64,000 nucleotides of DNA from Balanoglossus misakiensis. Taxonomy: Eukaryota; Animalia; Hemichordata. The notes under the pieces were generated by a model. It made no database searches. It was not told the origin of the DNA and saw only the letters and a list, made by a program, of their open reading frames with translations. The stretch covers positions 14,205,903-14,269,902 of the forward strand of contig CM082577.2 in the NCBI GenBank assembly GCA_040954595.2. Direction: 5' to 3'. This document shows, one piece after another, positions 1-13,911 of the stretch; the stretch's first letter is position 1, and the number at the start of each line of letters is the position of its first letter. A program made the translations under genes and the position numbers.

Positions 1-28
1 TGTTGATAATTTTCCGGTTATTGCGAGA

Positions 29-38
29 TCTCGCGAGA
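29..38. promoter_or_regulatory. TCTCGCGAGA palindrome (CGCG element / BANP-type promoter motif)
   Basis: Exact 10-bp palindrome in a CpG-containing patch, followed by a donor-like AAG|GTATCA at 110/111. Function is inferred only. Confidence 0.3.
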
Positions 39-1897
39 TTCGGTTAAATACCGTTGAAATGGGTTGTTAGTCTGGTAATACGCGTTAAGCTGTGTATGAA
101 ATTATAATAAGGTATCAAATGAAAAAATGTCATCCCATAGAAACTACATATATACCATGCGCCGACTCATGCGAGATCGTGCCATGTCTCTTGTCGTTTC
201 GGAAAGTACCATACTGTGTGCTTTCATGTTTTCATTTTTATTTAGTGAAATGAAACGGTTTTGTCTCTATGCCTTACGGTGTTGTCTTTTAATGTTTTAG
301 GTTGTTGCAGTTTGTGTCGACACCTACATTGTATGGTGGCGCACACGTTGTGCTAATTATAAGTGTTTGCCACATGATATTACAAAGGCAATATATCTTT
401 CATTTTTCTGACTATACCTGAGAATAAAAGTTCATGATAATATCCAATATTTCGACCACAGTCTTTGTTTTACAGAGGGTCTCCAGACATCCCGTCATAT
501 GTTTTAACACTTCATGTAAATATGGGAACTTGGATAACATATTTTTTTTCCAATTTATGCGCGTAATTATTTTTTATTCTTGTTTCGAAATATCTATACA
601 TGGAATGAACAGTTTTTGTACCCCAATATATATGCTCTGGGCAAGGTGGTCTGTGTACTTCGCTGGTTGACTGATGCTAAGCATTTTTTGTGTGTTTGTC
701 TATATAACATGCCATGGAAATGAGATATATGGGTTTTATCTCAATTATTTTGTTCAATACATACACTTAAAGTAACATTCGATAGCATAAAATGTTGTGC
801 ACAGTACAAGTATTGTGTTTTTGTCATGTGGGATACGCCAGAACGAATCAGATGACGTTAAAATACGAGCATTCTTTCCCTGAGTCGAGTCATCATATTA
901 TTCGTTTTTTTAAAGAATTGAACGCATATCTTGCAAGAAATTGGCAACCCCTGGGATACTTTGACGTTGAGTTAATATGGCTGTCAGGGTTATTTGTCAG
1001 CATTTTTATTCTGTGTATCTATTATGGTTTCCTGTTGGGCTCACCAGGGCTGGGTTTTATCCCGTAAGAAATTACAATTGACCCACATATCAATTCTGAA
1101 CACTTGTTGTTACAGGAATCGTAAAAGAAGCTTGTGAAGTGTATCCTGCAAGTGCAATTTCATGTTGTCCCATTGCAGGTGAGTTGTTGGTGATTATTTC
1201 GCACGTATAATATGCCATGTCAAGTGAATCGGAATTAAAAGAAAGAGAGCTACATTATGTTACTGTCCCCACGCATGCAGTATTTCCTATCGCAAGCTAT
1301 AGTATATAAGTGGGCGATCACCCCGGAAGTTGCGAATGTGCTGAAATTGTCTTGCTCTGAATTTGGTTTACGGAACATGTTTAGCAATTCCAAGAATTGA
1401 CTGAAAAATCGGAAAGATTAACATTGTGCACAAAACACAACAAACGGTCCTCTCAATTAGGATGACTCGACACGTTTGTCGATAGAGAGACATGTCTGAC
1501 ATAACTGATAAACCCCCGATCAACCCTGCGGCGTGCGGAAAACTCTCGTTGCGGTTTCATTGATAATGCAAAACGGACTGTCACGACCCTTAAGCTTATG
1601 CGTTTAATAAATACAATACCTAGTGGAAATGATGGTAGGTCTGACAAGTGACAGGCCGCAGCCAATGCAAAATAAAAATCCAGAAACTTGAATACAAAAC
1701 ATGTCACTGTTCTCAGGATATTTAAATCAACAACACATCTACCTTTAATGAATTTTAAAATTCGGTAACTGTAGAATTTGTAATAAAATACACAATAGAA
1801 ATAACAAGATAGACACGTATGAATATTTACGAGAAGTTGTGAGCATTCAAATGTGACGAAAGCGAACAAAAGTGGGAAATATTACATACATTATAAA

Positions 1898-2365
1898 TAA
1901 CATAAGCGACCTAGAGGCCGATACAGCTCCTCTGTAATACTATATGCATATATAATCTGGGCAAATGCTTCATACTTACATGGAGCATTTCTCTTGAGAC
2001 TCGAACAAATAAACTTGACAGCAGATCTAAAAGGCAAATTTGCGAATGCTGTAGAAATATCGCAATGAAGAATTCGTCACAATTTGAAAAAAAATCTGAT
2101 ATACATCACACCAGAGACCTACATATCAACTTTCAAGGGAATCAACAAACGGAAATAGCCCAAAAGTACAAAAATGCAAATTTCACCACAATTTGAATAA
2201 AAGAAAACTTAGGTCACCCGAAAGATCTGCATACCGAATTTCAATGTCATCATCCGACCAGTGATTTCAGAGATGAAGACAAAAGTTGACAGACAGTTGA
2301 CCCCGTACGACGACAGACAATCATCCCGATCTGATAAGCCCCGCGTCGCTGACAGTGAAATTAAA
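1898..2365 (-). mobile_element. Degenerate Helentron-associated (HINE/DINE-1-like) non-autonomous element
   Basis: Reverse-orientation ends (AACATAAGCGACCTAGAGGCCGATACAGCTC ... GACAGAC/CGACGAC simple repeat ... ATAAGCC) mirror the layout of the 41880-42762 element. Boundaries are approximate. Confidence 0.45.
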
Positions 2366-2630
2366 ATTGGGAACAATGTATAGCAGCATCAATTGTTATT
2401 CGTAATGAGACAGATTTGATTAACATAAAGTAATGACATATGTTCATACTAAGCCTGAACGCCAAACTCTTGAACTATGCCTTGTATTAACAAGTCACTG
2501 TAAGTTCAGCTGGGCTTCAAATTTACATTCGACAGGACATGCAACGTTACATGTAAAAGAATAACTGAAGGTATTGAACATACAGTTCTTCGTGAACACA
2601 TACTCCTATTTTAATCGTTCCTCTCAACAG

Positions 2631-5600
2631 ATACTGAAAACCCTGTCATCACATGTCCATCAGACATTGAAACACCGACATACATTGGCATTCCTACAAT
2701 GCCAGTGGTATGGCCTCTTCCGGTTTGTAGCGACGATTCCGGACATGTGACTGTGTCTGGCAGCCAGGAACCAGGAAGCAACTTTACTATCGGTGTTACT
2801 CATGTATCATACACAGCTGAGGATGCTTACGGAAATTCCGCTTCTTGTTCATTTTCTGTTACAGTTAAAGGTGACGTCGTTTTTTCGTTTATCTTGTTAT
2901 TCATATAAAATAAGCTTCAGTTCCGATTAACACAAAAAAGGGAATCCAAGTTTACTGTCATTCTAGAATACACAGATTGTTGCCGCGTTTGTGGATGAGT
3001 TTGGTAAATTCTGAGACAAAGATATATTATGGACGTCTTACTTAGTGGACGTGCACATTTGTATTATCACATCAATTGGTCAAACGATTTCTACCACTTT
3101 TCACATATATTTGGTGTGTGTTGGTGTAACCAATAACATTATGGCAAAGGCAATATCACCAGATATTGTAGTTGTACTGTCGTCGAATTACTAAAGGTAT
3201 TGAATATACAGCACTTTCATGAACAACCAATCTTACTTCTATCGTTCCTCTCAACATTTCGCAGACACTGAAAACCCTGTCATCACATGTCCATCAGATA
3301 TTGAAACAACGACATACTTGGACAATCCTACAATCCCAATGACATGGCCATTTCTGAAAGCGAGCGACAATTCCAGAAATGTGACTGTATCTGGCAGCCA
3401 TGAACCAGGGAGCAACTTTACCATCGGTGTTACTTTTGTATCATACACAGCTAAGGATCCTTACGGAAATTCCGCTTCTTGTTCATTTTCTGTTACAATC
3501 AAAGGTAAAGTGTCAACAGTTTTTCGTCTTTATAGTTAGTACGGTTGCCCCCACAGGCCAATTTATTTATTTATTTTTTTTAAATTACAATATCTTTTCC
3601 CAAAAAGCAAACGCATTTTACTGGAAGCAACTGTAATCTTGACGCAGAAAATTTTAATTTTGATATAATAATCTGTCTTATTTTGATTTTATTATCCCCC
3701 CAGACAAACAATATCTTTAATTTTAAGTAGGAAATTTATCGAACAAACGATTTGTTTCTCAAAGTCTAGTTTTATTTTGCAGACCAGAAGTAAAATATGT
3801 AAACTTTTCTTCACTCTGTACATGTTGAATGCCTTTCTGTTATACAGTTTGTTTCACATTGTGTTGGGGCTAAATGAGATTCTTATTTTGATCTATTATA
3901 TTTCATTTATTGTACATGTTGACTACTCTACGGTACATCAATGCAGGTGTTGTAAGACCTTTAGTTGTCAATGCAAGACCTTTAAATGTAAGTAAATAAT
4001 TGATAATCTACGACAATTATACCATGCGACATTAATGTGCGAGGCGAAGCCTTGCACATAATGGAGTACCATGTGTGAGTTTGAGTTCATTATTGGCCAC
4101 GACGTACATAAGGAGATTATTTTGAGCATTTATATTCTAACGAGAATTATAAATAAACTGCCGAGCATTAAAAAACACGATCAAACCAAAATAACTCAGA
4201 CATACTAAACTCAAACGTCTGACGCCTTTGGGTATATATTAAAAGCACATCAATCTGCGTGGTGGACTAAAGACACCTAGAATATGTAGATCATGTCTAT
4301 ACCATAGATCTGTTGTTATCAGAAGAACGAGCGTTGCTCCCGTTATATTCTGACCCAGTTCCTGCTGCGGCGAGCCTGAGTAAATCCGCCACAGAATTTG
4401 TGTGGTGTGACTGTACAGGCCAGTGCTAACAAACCAACGCTACCAATTTGTACATACATAAGGCCTAATTAAGTAATGTTACAATATGTTCCAGTGACGT
4501 TCAGGTCGACTGCCAATTACCCTGTTGTATAAATTAACAATGCGGAGCCGTGTAGTGTACAGCTCGACAAGGATCTATTTCAATTGAATAGGCATCAACT
4601 GTGGAAGCATATTTTCGAATGTTCATTTATGTTTTACTCTATTACACTCCTACAGATAATAGAGATTTTGAACAACTTGTCAGACACGATTTCTGGACTT
4701 CGGGCTTTCAACTTGAATGTGTCTGCAGCAGAACGGCAAGATATGGTTGAAGGCAAGTGACGTTGAATTTATCACAAAGTCTTCATCTTTGCAGCTAACC
4801 TTGCAACAGTTTGCCTTTTGCGATTAAGGCCCCGTCCCAGTGCATGAAAGAAAGGTTTGCTTCTACAGAAATTCGGACACTTGCTGCTGTTTAATGATTT
4901 GCGATTCTTTATATGTAAAGTTGAATGCTTCCAATCAAATAGTGTCATATAATTTAAGCCATAATAATGAATTGAAATGTGTGATCCACCGTTTGCAATA
5001 CTCCTATCTCTTGCTCTTTTCCGAGGTCATACTAGTATCCACTGCAGAATCAGATATGGAAAAATCTGGCCTATGCAGTTCTTCTGCCAGCATTTTGATA
5101 TCAAAGTGTACTATGTTAAATGCACCTGTGGTTTTACGACGATGACCTGTAGATGGGTTCATCAAATTCGATGCCGTAAATATCTGTATAAGACAATGAT
5201 GCCATTTTGTCTCTCCATATTTGCCAGCACTCAGTCTTAAACATTGAAAGCTTTTGAAGTGGCTCAGGATTTGATAACCAGTGTTGTCACAATATTTTCT
5301 CCAACAAAGGGTATGATTTTAAAATCTGCTTGTATAAATAGCGACTAATTAGCAGAATATTATTCATGCCCATGATTTCATAAAATGTTTGATATACATG
5401 TACTACTTGCAGGAATGGTACACTTCATTGATTCACTCATTGCTGCAACGACATCCCTGATGTCATCATCCAGTGACAGTTATTACGACAGTCAGTCACT
5501 GTTAACAGCTCTGCTTTGTGCAACTGACGTCATCTCAAAATTTGCTTTGCGCAACTCTAAACCTGGCGGTGGTCCAATCGTGTTGAATACAACAAACATC

Positions 5601-8600
5601 GATTTGTATTTGGAAGTCGACACCATTGAGAATTTAACTAACTCAGAGATAAAAGTGGGAGATGGTAATGCCCTGGTCATTCCACCAGCAGAGAAAATAT
5701 TCTCAAACTTTACTCCAGGAGAGCATATTAATATGATAGTAAGTTTTTTAAAGTCACTCTTTCGTTACTCGTGAACTACAAGACTGTTCTTGTGTTTGAA
5801 ATACAACAAGTTCAATATTAGTGTGGCGGGTCCCTATCGCAAGACATGCAAACATGTATCCATGTTTACTTACAAGGTTCCTCATCTGTTAATTGTACTT
5901 ATTGCACACAGGGTGGTCGTACATGTATACGCAATCACTGCATGCAGGTACGGGTAATTTTCAAACACGTACACGGCACAAGGTATTAGTGTCTTCTACC
6001 CGTTTGATGCATCCACGTACAAATCATGGCCTGTCTTGTCGAGAGAATGCAAAAGTACGGCCCAGCAAGATCCAGAGCCTGGGTGTCGCGTCACAGACAC
6101 GGGTACGGGTTGGGTTGCTCTGCAGATTATAGCAGTGGCCTAAAAAGGCTTTCTTCTGAACATGCACAGGTTACAAGTGTGAATAGGAGATGCCTCCAAT
6201 ATGACGACAGAAGTGGTTTCTTTGCCAACGATGTCGTAAGTTTGTCGTTCACGGACAGTCAGGACAATGAGATAGAAGGTATGTCTTTTTTAAATCTATG
6301 TAATGTCAGACTGAGTTTGCTTGACATTTAAGTAATTCTTTTATAGAGAGAAATGTTAAAATCTTCTTTTTACTTTCCATTCGAGATTTATCCTCATTTG
6401 TGTGACTAACTTGTCTCAAGACATTGATAACTATGGTATATATTGAAAAGCTGACTGCAGAAATCATCTGGCATCAATCCGATCTCGGTCTTCTCTATTA
6501 AATCTCTCAGTTCTTGCCACAGAAGAGGACATCATCATTGCGTTTGCAAGTGACCCCCCTCCGCCGGATACTCATGAGTCGATTGGAGGTGTATATCTCG
6601 AAGCTGTTAACGTCACCTATTTCAGCTCGTATATTAAAGTAGGTGAACGTTAAAAATGACAAAAAAGCCCCACCCGCTAAAGATACTCTTCACTTTCGAA
6701 TTGTTAAGGTTCTCCTCTGTCAGCATAAATCTCCCTCATAAATTGCCTGTCAATCTTCTCTATTCTTCTCCTTTATGTCTGCTGTATTTCCTTTGTTTTG
6801 CTTGTCGTGACAAGTATTTATTTTTATCTGTTATAGGCGTGTATAAGTGATGGCGCCAAAAAGTATCATTCCACTAAAGCTGTAGTCAGATTGATCTGTC
6901 AAAATTTGCAGGCAGCCAATCAATTTAAAGAAAATCAGAAATGTTGTATTCTGAAATGCTTTGGGAACACTATAGCACATCTGTTGAACTGATCTAGCCT
7001 ATGAGTCCTGGAGCTATCTTTAACGACCCACTTTCTTGGTATTCTGATAGTTACATTTAGAAAGTTTACTAGTTGGTATACACAAACGTACTATCAGTCT
7101 GTAGTTGAGGCTGTACGTGAACAAGTTGAACAAGAAAGGGGTTTCAACACCTGTTTATTGAGCCTCCTGATGCAAGAGTAAACACAAATATCATGGTATG
7201 CCCACATGGGTATTGGAATCATCACAAAATTCAAAATGTTGTCATTCGAAGGAAGGATATTGAAGTCTTTTATTGTGAAAATGCGGCAGCTCAAGGAGAT
7301 TCTGGGCACTAATCAATGACTTGATTCAATTTGAAGTCATGTCAGATATAGAAGCCACACACTCTGAGTTGGAAATTATCATGACATGGACAAATGCTCC
7401 AAAGTAATTAAACACAAAAAGTAATGTCGCACAAGAAAACGTACAAGTTAAAATAACATTAATATATGTGACCGTATAAGACTCGGACTAATGAGTATTC
7501 TGCACTTCTCTTTGCAGATAGATATGTTGTTGCACGCAGTTATCATTTCACTCGAAAATTCGGAAACCATGTACGGAAATACCACAGCCTATGTCTTCAA
7601 TGAGATTGTCGACTACAGTGATAACTATCGTGGCTATATGTTCTCCCTGGATGTCCAGTTTTCTGGGAACCGTTCCAGTATGTTCATTCCAGAACACTAC
7701 TTCTTCAGGACCGGACTTTACTATTTAACCTTCGCGATTCCGCAGTGTAAGTTTTAAAGTTCCTATAAATCCGAAACTGTATCTAATTTCCTCATATACA
7801 ATTGAATCATGCGCACTAACATAAATATTCATGACCTCTGCGCGCGGTTTGTACCGTACAGAAGTTATTTTCACGAGTGATGAGGTGAATTTTGCCGCAG
7901 TACTTTCACGACCTCGAAAATTAATATACACACGGATCATTGCAGAATAGCGATATCTTTATAATTAAACTTCTTTCTTTTATAGGGCAAAATGTCACGT
8001 TCATAATGGCTGCTAAACAAGTAACTTGTGTTTATTCGATGGACAACTCTGATATCTGGAGCCGTGACGGATGTCGGGTATGGTTATATGGCTGTATTTA
8101 TGTCCTGCTGTATCGTTTATGTACAGCGTATACTTATTATTATATTTTGGGGGTTTAAAGAATTTTATATAACATAACACAAGTGGATATTCTGTACAAT
8201 CATCGGGTTATAATTTAGTGACAAAGACACTATCACCATGGTGATAAATATTGAGAAATGTTTGAATTTGCGACATCTTAACCTAGACGTCATTCACACC
8301 GTATCATGGAGATGTACCTCAAAATGTTAAGGAAACCACAATGGTTGATTCGTCATGGTGCTATCAATATAAATGCGTTAAACTAGTATGACACGATTTG
8401 AACCTTTTTGACCCGCCCGCGTAGTCTGCTACAAAAGGTGCGATCAGAAGCGAGTAACAGAAGCGAGTTTCAACATGTGGTGTGCAGAGTTTTAAAGATT
8501 CATGTATAGCTAGGGTTCATCGACTACAACCTGTTAAATTCATCGAGTGTTAGGAACATTTCCATTATTTTCTCTATTCTATGCTAGAGTATCAATCTGA

Positions 8601-8788
8601 CAAAGGTATACCAATTGTACTGTCTCCTATGTACCACTCTCCATGATTGATGTACATGTGAACCTCTAATTTGGCACATCACCAGTGTCCCCACAAGTAT
8701 TAAAACAATTGTTCATATACCATTCTATATCCAGGTATCACCGTCATCTAATGTAAACTCCACCGTGTGTATGTGTAATCACCTGTAA
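2631..8788 (+). CDS. HYR-repeat + GAIN/GPS-domain protein (polycystin-1-like or adhesion-GPCR-like), 5' end not seen, truncated at GPS; probable pseudogene or secreted ectodomain
   Basis: Phase-compatible exons: 2631-2870 and 3265-3504 (two 240-nt HYR exons, DTENPVITCPSDI...PGSNFTIGVT.VSYTA.D.YGNSASCSFSVTV), 3947-3987, 4656-4752 (GC donor), about 5228-5310 (appears frameshifted), 5413-5738, 6170-6278, 6511-6638, 7518-7746, 7986-8077 (CVY...WSRDGCR) and 8735-8788 (STVCMCNHL*). The last two spell the GPS motif C-x-W..GC...C.C.HL. Confidence 0.75.
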
Positions 8789-8977
8789 TCACCGGACGAG
8801 TTTCAACAGTATCTAAGCGAACATCAATATCAACTTGACAAGGAAGGACACAGCGTTTTAGAACATGTTTATGTTTTGTATTAACTATTTATTAGAAAAA
8901 TGCAATCACCTGTAATTTATGTGTGGCTATATGTGGTTAAAAAAAACTTTTCTCATGGTGGTTACTCAATAACATTA

Positions 8978-11900
8978 TAGACCATGAGCCAGTAGGGGTT
9001 TACCTCCCCCCCCCCCCCCCCCCGGGGGGAATTTTTGAGACAATGTTTTTCTTAAAGCCTATCATATACTGAGTAAAATTCACTTTGTTTGCCATCTGGG
9101 CACCGGGGCGTTTTCGAGTTATTGGCTTCTAAATTATATTGGGTAACGTATGTAGAAAAGCCTAAAAGTGCATATAAATTGACGTAGGGGGTAAATTAGT
9201 CTTGTAAAATACTGTCTCTCTGAATGTATACCTAGAACAACAGGGAAGTATTTGGTATCAAAAGAAAGCTTAATAAACAAGCTTTCCATTAATTACAAAA
9301 TTAAAGTAATATGACAAATCATGACATCATAGTGACGTCATACGTCAAAATACCCTTACGAAAATGGTGTTCTGTTCACCTATAATTTGTATAAATGTGA
9401 GGTTTTGCAAAACACGTCTCTGAGCAATTGTACTGATGAAAACTGTGATGTGTTTGGTATCAACAGAAAGCTGATTGAGTAAAGTATCTAATTATTGCAA
9501 AATATTGATATAATAATCAATTACGTCATCATTACGTCATACTTCCAAGTACCCTTACCAATTAGTGACTATGATGACAAGTTATTACACTAGGAGATAG
9601 GTGCCTTTAAAAAAACAATTGGTAAGGAAGGTTTGTGAAGTCCATTCTATGTAAAAAATGGTGCTGATTCCAAAAAAGGCAGTGTTATTGACCCCACCCA
9701 AGACAAAATTGCCATTTTGGCACTTTTTAACCCAAAAAGGTCATTTTTAGAAAACACTAAAAACACACTGTTTTCGTCACATTCGAAGATCTGATGACAT
9801 ATGATATGCCTATTCTATGTAAAATTTGGTTGATATTACGAAAAAAGCAGTCTAACTGACCCCACCCAAGACAAAATTGCCATTTTGGCACTTTTTAACC
9901 CAAAAAAGGTCATTTTTAGAAAACACTAAAAACACACTGTTTTCTTCACATTCGAAGATCTGATGACATATGATATGCCTATTCTATGTAAAATTTGGTT
10001 GATATTACGAAAAAAAGCAGTCTGACTGACCCCAAACGAGACAGAATTGCCTTTTTGACCATTTTTTGCCCAAAAACGTCATTTTTAGACAAAACTTAAA
10101 ACACACTCTTCTCTTCATATTGATTGATTTGATGATATATGGAAAGTCAATTCTATGTGTAAATTGGTGACTATAAAACATAAAGCAGTCTTTTTGACCC
10201 CAATCAATACAAAAATGCCATTTTTGGCCATATTTTTGAGGTCAAAAAAGGTCATTTTTACAAAAAAACTAAAAACAAACTGTTTTCTTCATATTCAGAG
10301 ATCATGTGATATATGAAAAGTTTATGCTATGTAAAATAGTTCTGATTCCAGAAATAGCAGCCTTATTAACCCCCACTCAAGGCAAATGTGCCATTTTTGC
10401 CACTTTTTGCCCCAAAAATGTCATTTTTAGAAAACACTCAAAACTTATATATTTTCTTCACTTTCGGAGATCTGATAATGTATTGTATACCCACCTTGTG
10501 TAAAATTTGGTAGGTATTTAAAAAAGTAGGTTTATTGGCGCCACTCAAGATTAAAGTGCGTTTTTGGCAAGTTTTTGCCCAAAAAGGCCATTTTAAGAAA
10601 TAAGCAAACATTTTTCTTTATATTTGGAAATTTGATCATGTATGAAAAGTCCATTTATTGAAAAATTGCTGTTGACTCTAGAAAAAGCAATCTTATTGAT
10701 CTCAATGAAGATGAAAATACTTTTTGCCCAAAAAGGGTCATTTTTAGAAAATACTAAAAACATGCTATTTGTTTCCCTTTGGTGATCTAATAATAAATAA
10801 AAGTCCATTCTATCTTAAAAGTAGCGATTTTTCCAAAAAAGTACTCTTCCTGACTCCACAGAGGGAAAAAATGCCATTTTGGCCACTTTGCTCAAAAAAG
10901 GTAACTGTTTGAAAACTTCTTTCTTTATTTTCAGATCTTATGATGTACGGAGAAGGTCCATTTTTGTTGAATGGGAGCCAATTCCAAAAAAAAAATTCTT
11001 TTCAGCCCTACAAAATTGTCATTTTGGCCATTTTTGGTCAAAAAGGTCATTTCAAGAAAAAATGAAAACAAGCTGTTTTCTTCGTATTAAAATGTTTGAT
11101 TATGAATGGAAAGTCCATTTTTTGCAAAAAATATGCTGATACCAACACAACAGTCTTATTAAGACCCCACTCAATACAAAATTGCCACTAAGCCATGTTC
11201 TAGTCAACAATTGTCTTTTTCAGAAAACAAAATAATTGGTGTTTTTTGCCTTTTGAGTTTTGATGTTATATTTGCATATTTAAAATGTCATACCATATGA
11301 TATCAGTTGAATTGATGATATTGAAAGGCAGAGTTGCCACAATTTGGCACATTTAGCCTAAAATGGAACTCAACAATAAAACGAGACGATCCATGTATTC
11401 ACACTGTATACTATAAGTCGGTTATACATGGTATAATTTTTTTAAGTACATCTATACCAGCTCCGGATAGATTGTTAACATTTATCCTCTTCGTTCTGAA
11501 TACAAAATCAGAAATTATATTATATCATGATACCGCCGTCATTTTGATTGGACAGGGGTGCAATCCCACGATGCTAAATACTCAATAGAGCTAAAACTGG
11601 CCCCTGAACTAGCACACAACGGGAAAATGTGGGTTTAAACCTAATAAATATAATAAAAACTCTTAAATTCCTTGACGTTTCAATTTGGAGATGCTCTAAG
11701 TGAATATTTGGGACTTTGCCATGTGCAGTGCCTGTCTTTTTGTCGCCTGTATCATGTTTAATGCTTGGTCCTGGGCGACGTGTTTAGATTCATCGATGCG
11801 ACTTTGGTTCAATTCGTATAACTTCTTTTACTCTCGACGCTGTTTCATCATCATTATGAGTTCAATTTGGGCTATCTCCAAATGCAAACATTTTTTTCTC

Positions 11901-13370
11901 TAGAAAATGTTTAAAATGATAAATTTGTCTTAAGTAGGTCTTTTTAGGCAATAAATTGCCAAAAACGCAATTTTGACTAGAATGGGGTCAATCAGATTTT
12001 TTATACACAGAATGGACTTTTCATACATAATCAGATCTCTGAATATGAAGAAAACAGTTTGTTTTTAGTTTTTTTGTAACAATGACCTTCTTTGACCTCA
12101 AAAATGTGGCCAAAAATGGCATTTTTGTATTGATTGGGGTCAAAAAGACTGCTTTATGTTTTATAGTCACCAATTTACACATAGAATTGACTTTCCATAT
12201 ATCATCAAATCAATCAATATGAAGAGAAGAGTGTGTTTTAAGTTTTGTCTAAAAATGACGTTTTTGGGCAAAAAATGGTCAAAAAGGCAATTCTGTCTCG
12301 TTTGGGGTCAGTCAGACTGCTTTTTTCGTAATACCAACCAAATTTTACATAGAATAGGCATATCATATGTCATCAGATCTTCGAATGTGAAGAAAACAGT
12401 GTGTTTTTAGTGTTTTCTAAAAATGACCTTTTTTGGGTTAAAAAGTGCCAAAATGGCAATTTTGTCTTGGGTGGGGTCAGTTAGACTGCTTTTTTCGTAA
12501 TATCAACCAAATTTTACATAGAATAGGCATATCATATGTCATCAGATCTTCGAATGTGACGAAAACAGTGTGTTTTTAGTGTTTTCTAAAAATGACCTTT
12601 TTTTGGGTTAAAAAGTGCCAAAATGGCAATTTTGTCTCGGGTGGGGTCAATAAGACTGCCTTTTTTGGAATCAGCACTATTTTTTACATAGAATGGACTT
12701 CACAAACCTTCCTTACCAATTTTTTTATTTAAAGGCACCTATCTCCTAGGGTAATAACTTGTCATCATAGTCACTAATTGGTAAGTGTACTTGGAAGTAT
12801 GACGTAATGATGACGTAATTGATTATTATATCAATATTTTGCAATAATTAGATACTTTACTCAATCAGCTTTCTGTTGATACCAAACACATCACAGTTTT
12901 CATCAGTACAATTGCTCAGAGACGTGTTTTGCAAAACCTCACATTTATACAAATTATAGGTGAACAGAACACCATTTTCGTAAGGGTATTTTGACTTATG
13001 ACGTCACTATGATGTCATGATTTGTCATATCACTTTAATTTTGTAATTAATGGAAAGCTTGTTTATTAAGCTTTCTTTTGATACCAAATACTTCCCTGTT
13101 GTTCTAGGTATACATTCAGAGAGACAGAATTTTACAAGACTAATTTACCCCCTACGTCAATTTATATGCACTTTTAGGCTTTTCTACATACGTTACCCAA
13201 TATAATTTAGAAGCCAATAACTCGAAAACGCCCCGGTGCCCAGATGGCAAACAAAGTGAATTTTACTCAGTATATGATAGGCTTTCAGAAAAACATTGTC
13301 TCAAAAATTCCCCCCCGGGGGGGGGGGGGGGGGGGGGGGGGGAGGTAAACCCCTACTGGCTCATGGTCTA
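8978..13370. mobile_element. Non-autonomous foldback-type DNA transposon with about 1.3-kb terminal inverted repeats and TTA TSD (TAG...CTA ends, possibly Academ- or Harbinger-related)
   Basis: 8978-~10303 is the near-perfect reverse complement of ~12034-13370 (TAGACCATGAGCCAGTAGGGG...CCCCTACTGGCTCATGGTCTA). TTA lies at 8975-8977 and 13371-13373. The empty site (AACATTAACAA) is visible in the inverted paralog at about 57751-57761. No ORF. Confidence 0.92.
9650..11220. repeat. About 155-172-bp A/T-tract-rich tandem subrepeats inside the foldback element (inverted copies at about 11930-12700)
   Basis: A GACCCCA-like anchor recurs at about 9690, 9858, 10028, 10196, 10368, 10537, 10698, 10852 and 11163, and units diverge towards the centre. 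Confidence 0.85.
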
Positions 13371-13860
13371 TTAACAATGGAGCAATCTGGCTCCGACAAG
13401 AATGTATCTTATCCTTACCCATCGTAAATGCTTTTTACCATTATATAGCAATAGAACTTAATCATTTTCAACGGATATTTTGAATAACTATATAAGGAGA
13501 TGATTTTCATTGAAACTTTTATGAAACGCGTTTCATTGTTCCACTAAATGTGTAAAAATCACATCATTTTTAATGCAAATGCCTATATTTGATAAGCGAA
13601 AGTAAATTTCTGAGCGTGAAAATCGGTTCAAGAACACATAAAATGTTCAACTTAGGTCTTACATAATTATAGAAGTGGTATTACGCTTGTCGCTTATGTA
13701 TATCAATAATAAGAATATAGAATTTATGATGACTTGACAACTGTCGCACACACAAAGTTAAATTTTGGCATTTGCTTGCACAACGTAGGGGCCAAGACAG
13801 ACTTTATCATAATTTACATATACGAATAACCTACAAAAAATATAATATGTAATCTAGTGA

Positions 13861-13910
<50 letters not shown>
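13861..13910. repeat. (ATG)n microsatellite
   Basis: Direct reading. The paralogous (CAT)n tract is at 57184-57270. Confidence 0.95.

Positions 13911-13911
<1 letters not shown>

Noticed and set aside
10306-12410. Short ORFs inside the foldback element as a transposase remnant
   Set aside because: They are F/K-rich translations of A/T-tract repeats with no transposase motifs.
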